Of a stretch of DNA of 64,000 nt, positions 61,958 to 64,000 are shown in pieces (within the stretch, counting starts at the first letter, position 1; each line of letters starts with the position of its first letter). The stretch covers positions 323,260 through 387,259 of the forward strand of contig JBNGIO010006371.1 in assembly GCA_049999805.1 (NCBI GenBank). The letters are read 5' to 3'. Position numbers and translations under genes: made by a program. Below the pieces are notes generated by a model. It was not told the origin of the DNA and did not search any database. It saw only the letters and a list, made by a program, of their open reading frames with translations. The stretch comes from Folioceros fuciformis. Lineage: Eukaryota.

Positions 61958-64000
61958 TGTTAGAAATAGCAATTATGTCTAATCTAGAAGCATGCTTATC
62001 TTGGGTGCCCTAATAGCTTAGGGTTATCTATATAAGACACCTTTTTACATTTTAATATACACTTCTTATTTTATTCAATATCTTGTGCTCATGCTTTGGC
62101 TCGTATGTCCACAATGTCAAGCTTTCTTGACATATTGCCAGCTCTCTATATTCTTGTTATGGTATCAGAGTGATTATGCTGGTGATTATGCTTTGATTTG
62201 CAATGCCGAGAAACAGAGCAAATTGTGGAGTGGGTGGTAGAGGAGGTTCTTCCAAGACCTTCTGTAGACTTGCTTTCCTCAATCCAAACTTGTGCATTCC
62301 AACCAGCATTCCGTGGACTGGTGCTGATACGAAGACTGAACGTGACTCTTTGGTCTTGGAAAATTATTATCTGACCAAGGGTCGAAATAATTCTCATCAG
62401 AAATTAGACACAATTGGCGCAGTTTTTCCTCGTTGCAATTGTGAGCGTTTTTTCAAAAAGAATCACGTGCAGTCAAGCCACAAATTAATAGGCCGTTCTC
62501 AGCACCATGAGCTATTTGTTCGAGAGTCAACACATCTGTGAATAACTCATCAAATTTTGAATCAGAGTTTCGTGTTCTGGAAGGAACTCTAAAGGCAGTC
62601 ATCCAACAACAGGAATCTTTTTCAAAGCGTTGATTCAGGCGCTTTTTCATGGTTCATCCATGTTTTTCCCTTTCGTCCCCTGCTTTTGCTGGCCACACAC
62701 AGGCAGTTATAACCGTCTGTCCGTTGAATCATCAATGCCCTAGGAACGATGTCAGCAGATTCAGTTAGTTTCCCTTTTCTGCTGAAATATTTAAGTTAAA
62801 CCCTAAAAAATATTTTCTTGACCTAACTGTTTCCCCTTATTTCTGCGGTGGTGATCTTTTCTTTTTGTATGTCCACTAGGGACCATCTACTGAATTTTCC
62901 CTTATCACCATACATACGTCATAGACAATTATTTCATAATAGTCCCCCTGGTACTCCTCCCCCCTCACCAACAGATCCTTTCCCTTTACCCACTACTCCA
63001 CCTGTCAATATGGGAACGGTCACATCTCCTTCCTTTACAATAGATTTGAAAGGGACTGACAGATTTAATGGGAAGAATTTTGAGGTATGGCGAGTACGCA
63101 TGCAGACTACCTTGAGTGCACGAGCAGTTTGGACAGTTACAGATGGCACATATCCGAAACCTATCCTACCAGTTGCTGGAGTTATCACCATTACAGGAAC
63201 GTCTGTTACACAGGCTGATGTAGATAAGTGGAACCAATTGAACAGTATAGCTGTTGCAATTATTATCCACGGCATCGATGAGGTGCTCATACCTGATGTG
63301 GAGTTCCTTACAAAAGCACACGAAATCTGGAGTCAGCTCACAGACACTTATGCCGTTAAGACCATGATGACTAAGTGCACTGTCAAGCAAGAATTCTATA
63401 CTTCGAAGATGCGAGAGGGTGATAGTGTGGCTGCCCACACTAGTAAATTTCGTCACCTTCGCTCTCGCCTTGCACAGTTGAATTCGACCATTTCTGAAGA
63501 GAACGCAGTTGCTCATCTTCTGCTCACTCTTCCACCCTCCTATCAGACTTTCGTCTCCCTTCAGAATGGGCCACTTGCACAGGCACGTCAGACACCAGCC
63601 GCTGGTCAACCTGGCCATTATTCGCTGGACGCAGTCATTGCTGCCTTATATGAAGAAGAGCAAACTCGTCAACGACATGCAGGTTCTGGCTCAAGCAAGA
63701 TACGAACTGACAGGGTTCTATATACTTCCCGGAATTCGCGTGGAGGTTCTGGGAGAGGGCGTGGTAGAGGTGGAGGTCGACCTCCTTCTCAACAAGGGCG
63801 TCAGCAAACCTCCACTAGCTCCTCCTCTACTAAAAGACCTGGTAACTGCAATTGGTGCCATGTTCCTGGCCATTGGGAGAGGGACTGCCGACGCAAGAAG
63901 GCTGGCGAGCCCCGTCGTCCAAAGCCAGAGGTTAATACTGTAGCAAAGGAAAGACCTTCGGGAGAAGGAAGTAAGGCTGTGGTGAAGATTTTCACCATTT
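61958..64000 (+). mobile_element. Ty1/copia LTR retrotransposon, 5' part (LTR about 61958-62159, PBS 62160-62170, gag); continues beyond the window
   Basis: TGTTAG start, internal TATA (tatataag), PBS TGGTATCAGAG complementary to tRNA-iMet, and a downstream copia gag. Confidence 0.88.
62869..64000 (+). CDS. Copia gag(-pol) ORF, open to the end of the window (absent from the ORF track because it has no stop)
   Basis: FNGKNFEVWRVRM, W..TDG, IWSQL..Y, KMREGDSV..H..KF, LLLTLPPSY..FV and zinc knuckle CNWCHVPGHWERDC. In-frame ATGs at 62869 and 63010. Confidence 0.88.
   Translation, partial: MSTRDHLLNFPLSPYIRHRQLFHNSPPGTPPPSPTDPFPLPTTPPVNMGTVTSPSFTIDLKGTDRFNGKNFEVWRVRMQTTLSARAVWTVTDGTYPKPILPVAGVITITGTSVTQADVDKWNQLNSIAVAIIIHGIDEVLIPDVEFLTKAHEIWSQLTDTYAVKTMMTKCTVKQEFYTSKMREGDSVAAHTSKFRHLRSRLAQLNSTISEENAVAHLLLTLPPSYQTFVSLQNGPLAQARQTPAAGQPGHYSLDAVIAALYEEEQTRQRHAGSGSSKIRTDRVLYTSRNSRGGSGRGRGRGGGRPPSQQGRQQTSTSSSSTKRPGNCNWCHVPGHWERDCRRKKAGEPRRPKPEVNTVAKERPSGEGSKAVVKIFTI

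Overview
Eukaryotic nuclear DNA from a compact, gene-dense genome of a seed-free land plant, probably a fern, lycophyte or hornwort. That placement is an inference from the very long PLS-type PPR genes with a WW-type PG box, the sideroflexin gene and the short introns. GC-rich genes alternate with AT-rich blocks of minisatellites and transposon debris, and most N gaps fall in or next to tandem arrays. Well-supported genes: PsaG, a thylakoid-lumen-targeted LEA-like protein, a sideroflexin, a class III peroxidase, two paralogous PLS-E PPR genes, an intronless LRR receptor kinase, a short kinesin-12, two GH3 beta-xylosidases with a relic copy between them, NBR1, a pectin methylesterase, tRNA-Pro(AGG), tRNA-Asp(GTC) and the 5' part of a Ty1/copia element. 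The most unusual items are: (1) an AT-rich ORF fusing a 45-aa Asp/Glu/His/Met-rich tandem repeat to a divergent AP2/ANT-like domain; (2) a plant sideroflexin; (3) an LRR ectodomain joined to a WAK-like non-RD kinase; (4) a Tat-targeted lumenal LEA-like protein under an ABRE/RY promoter; (5) WW-type PPRs lacking the deaminase domain; (6) a tail-less kinesin-12. All identifications come from motif recognition by eye; no database search was run.
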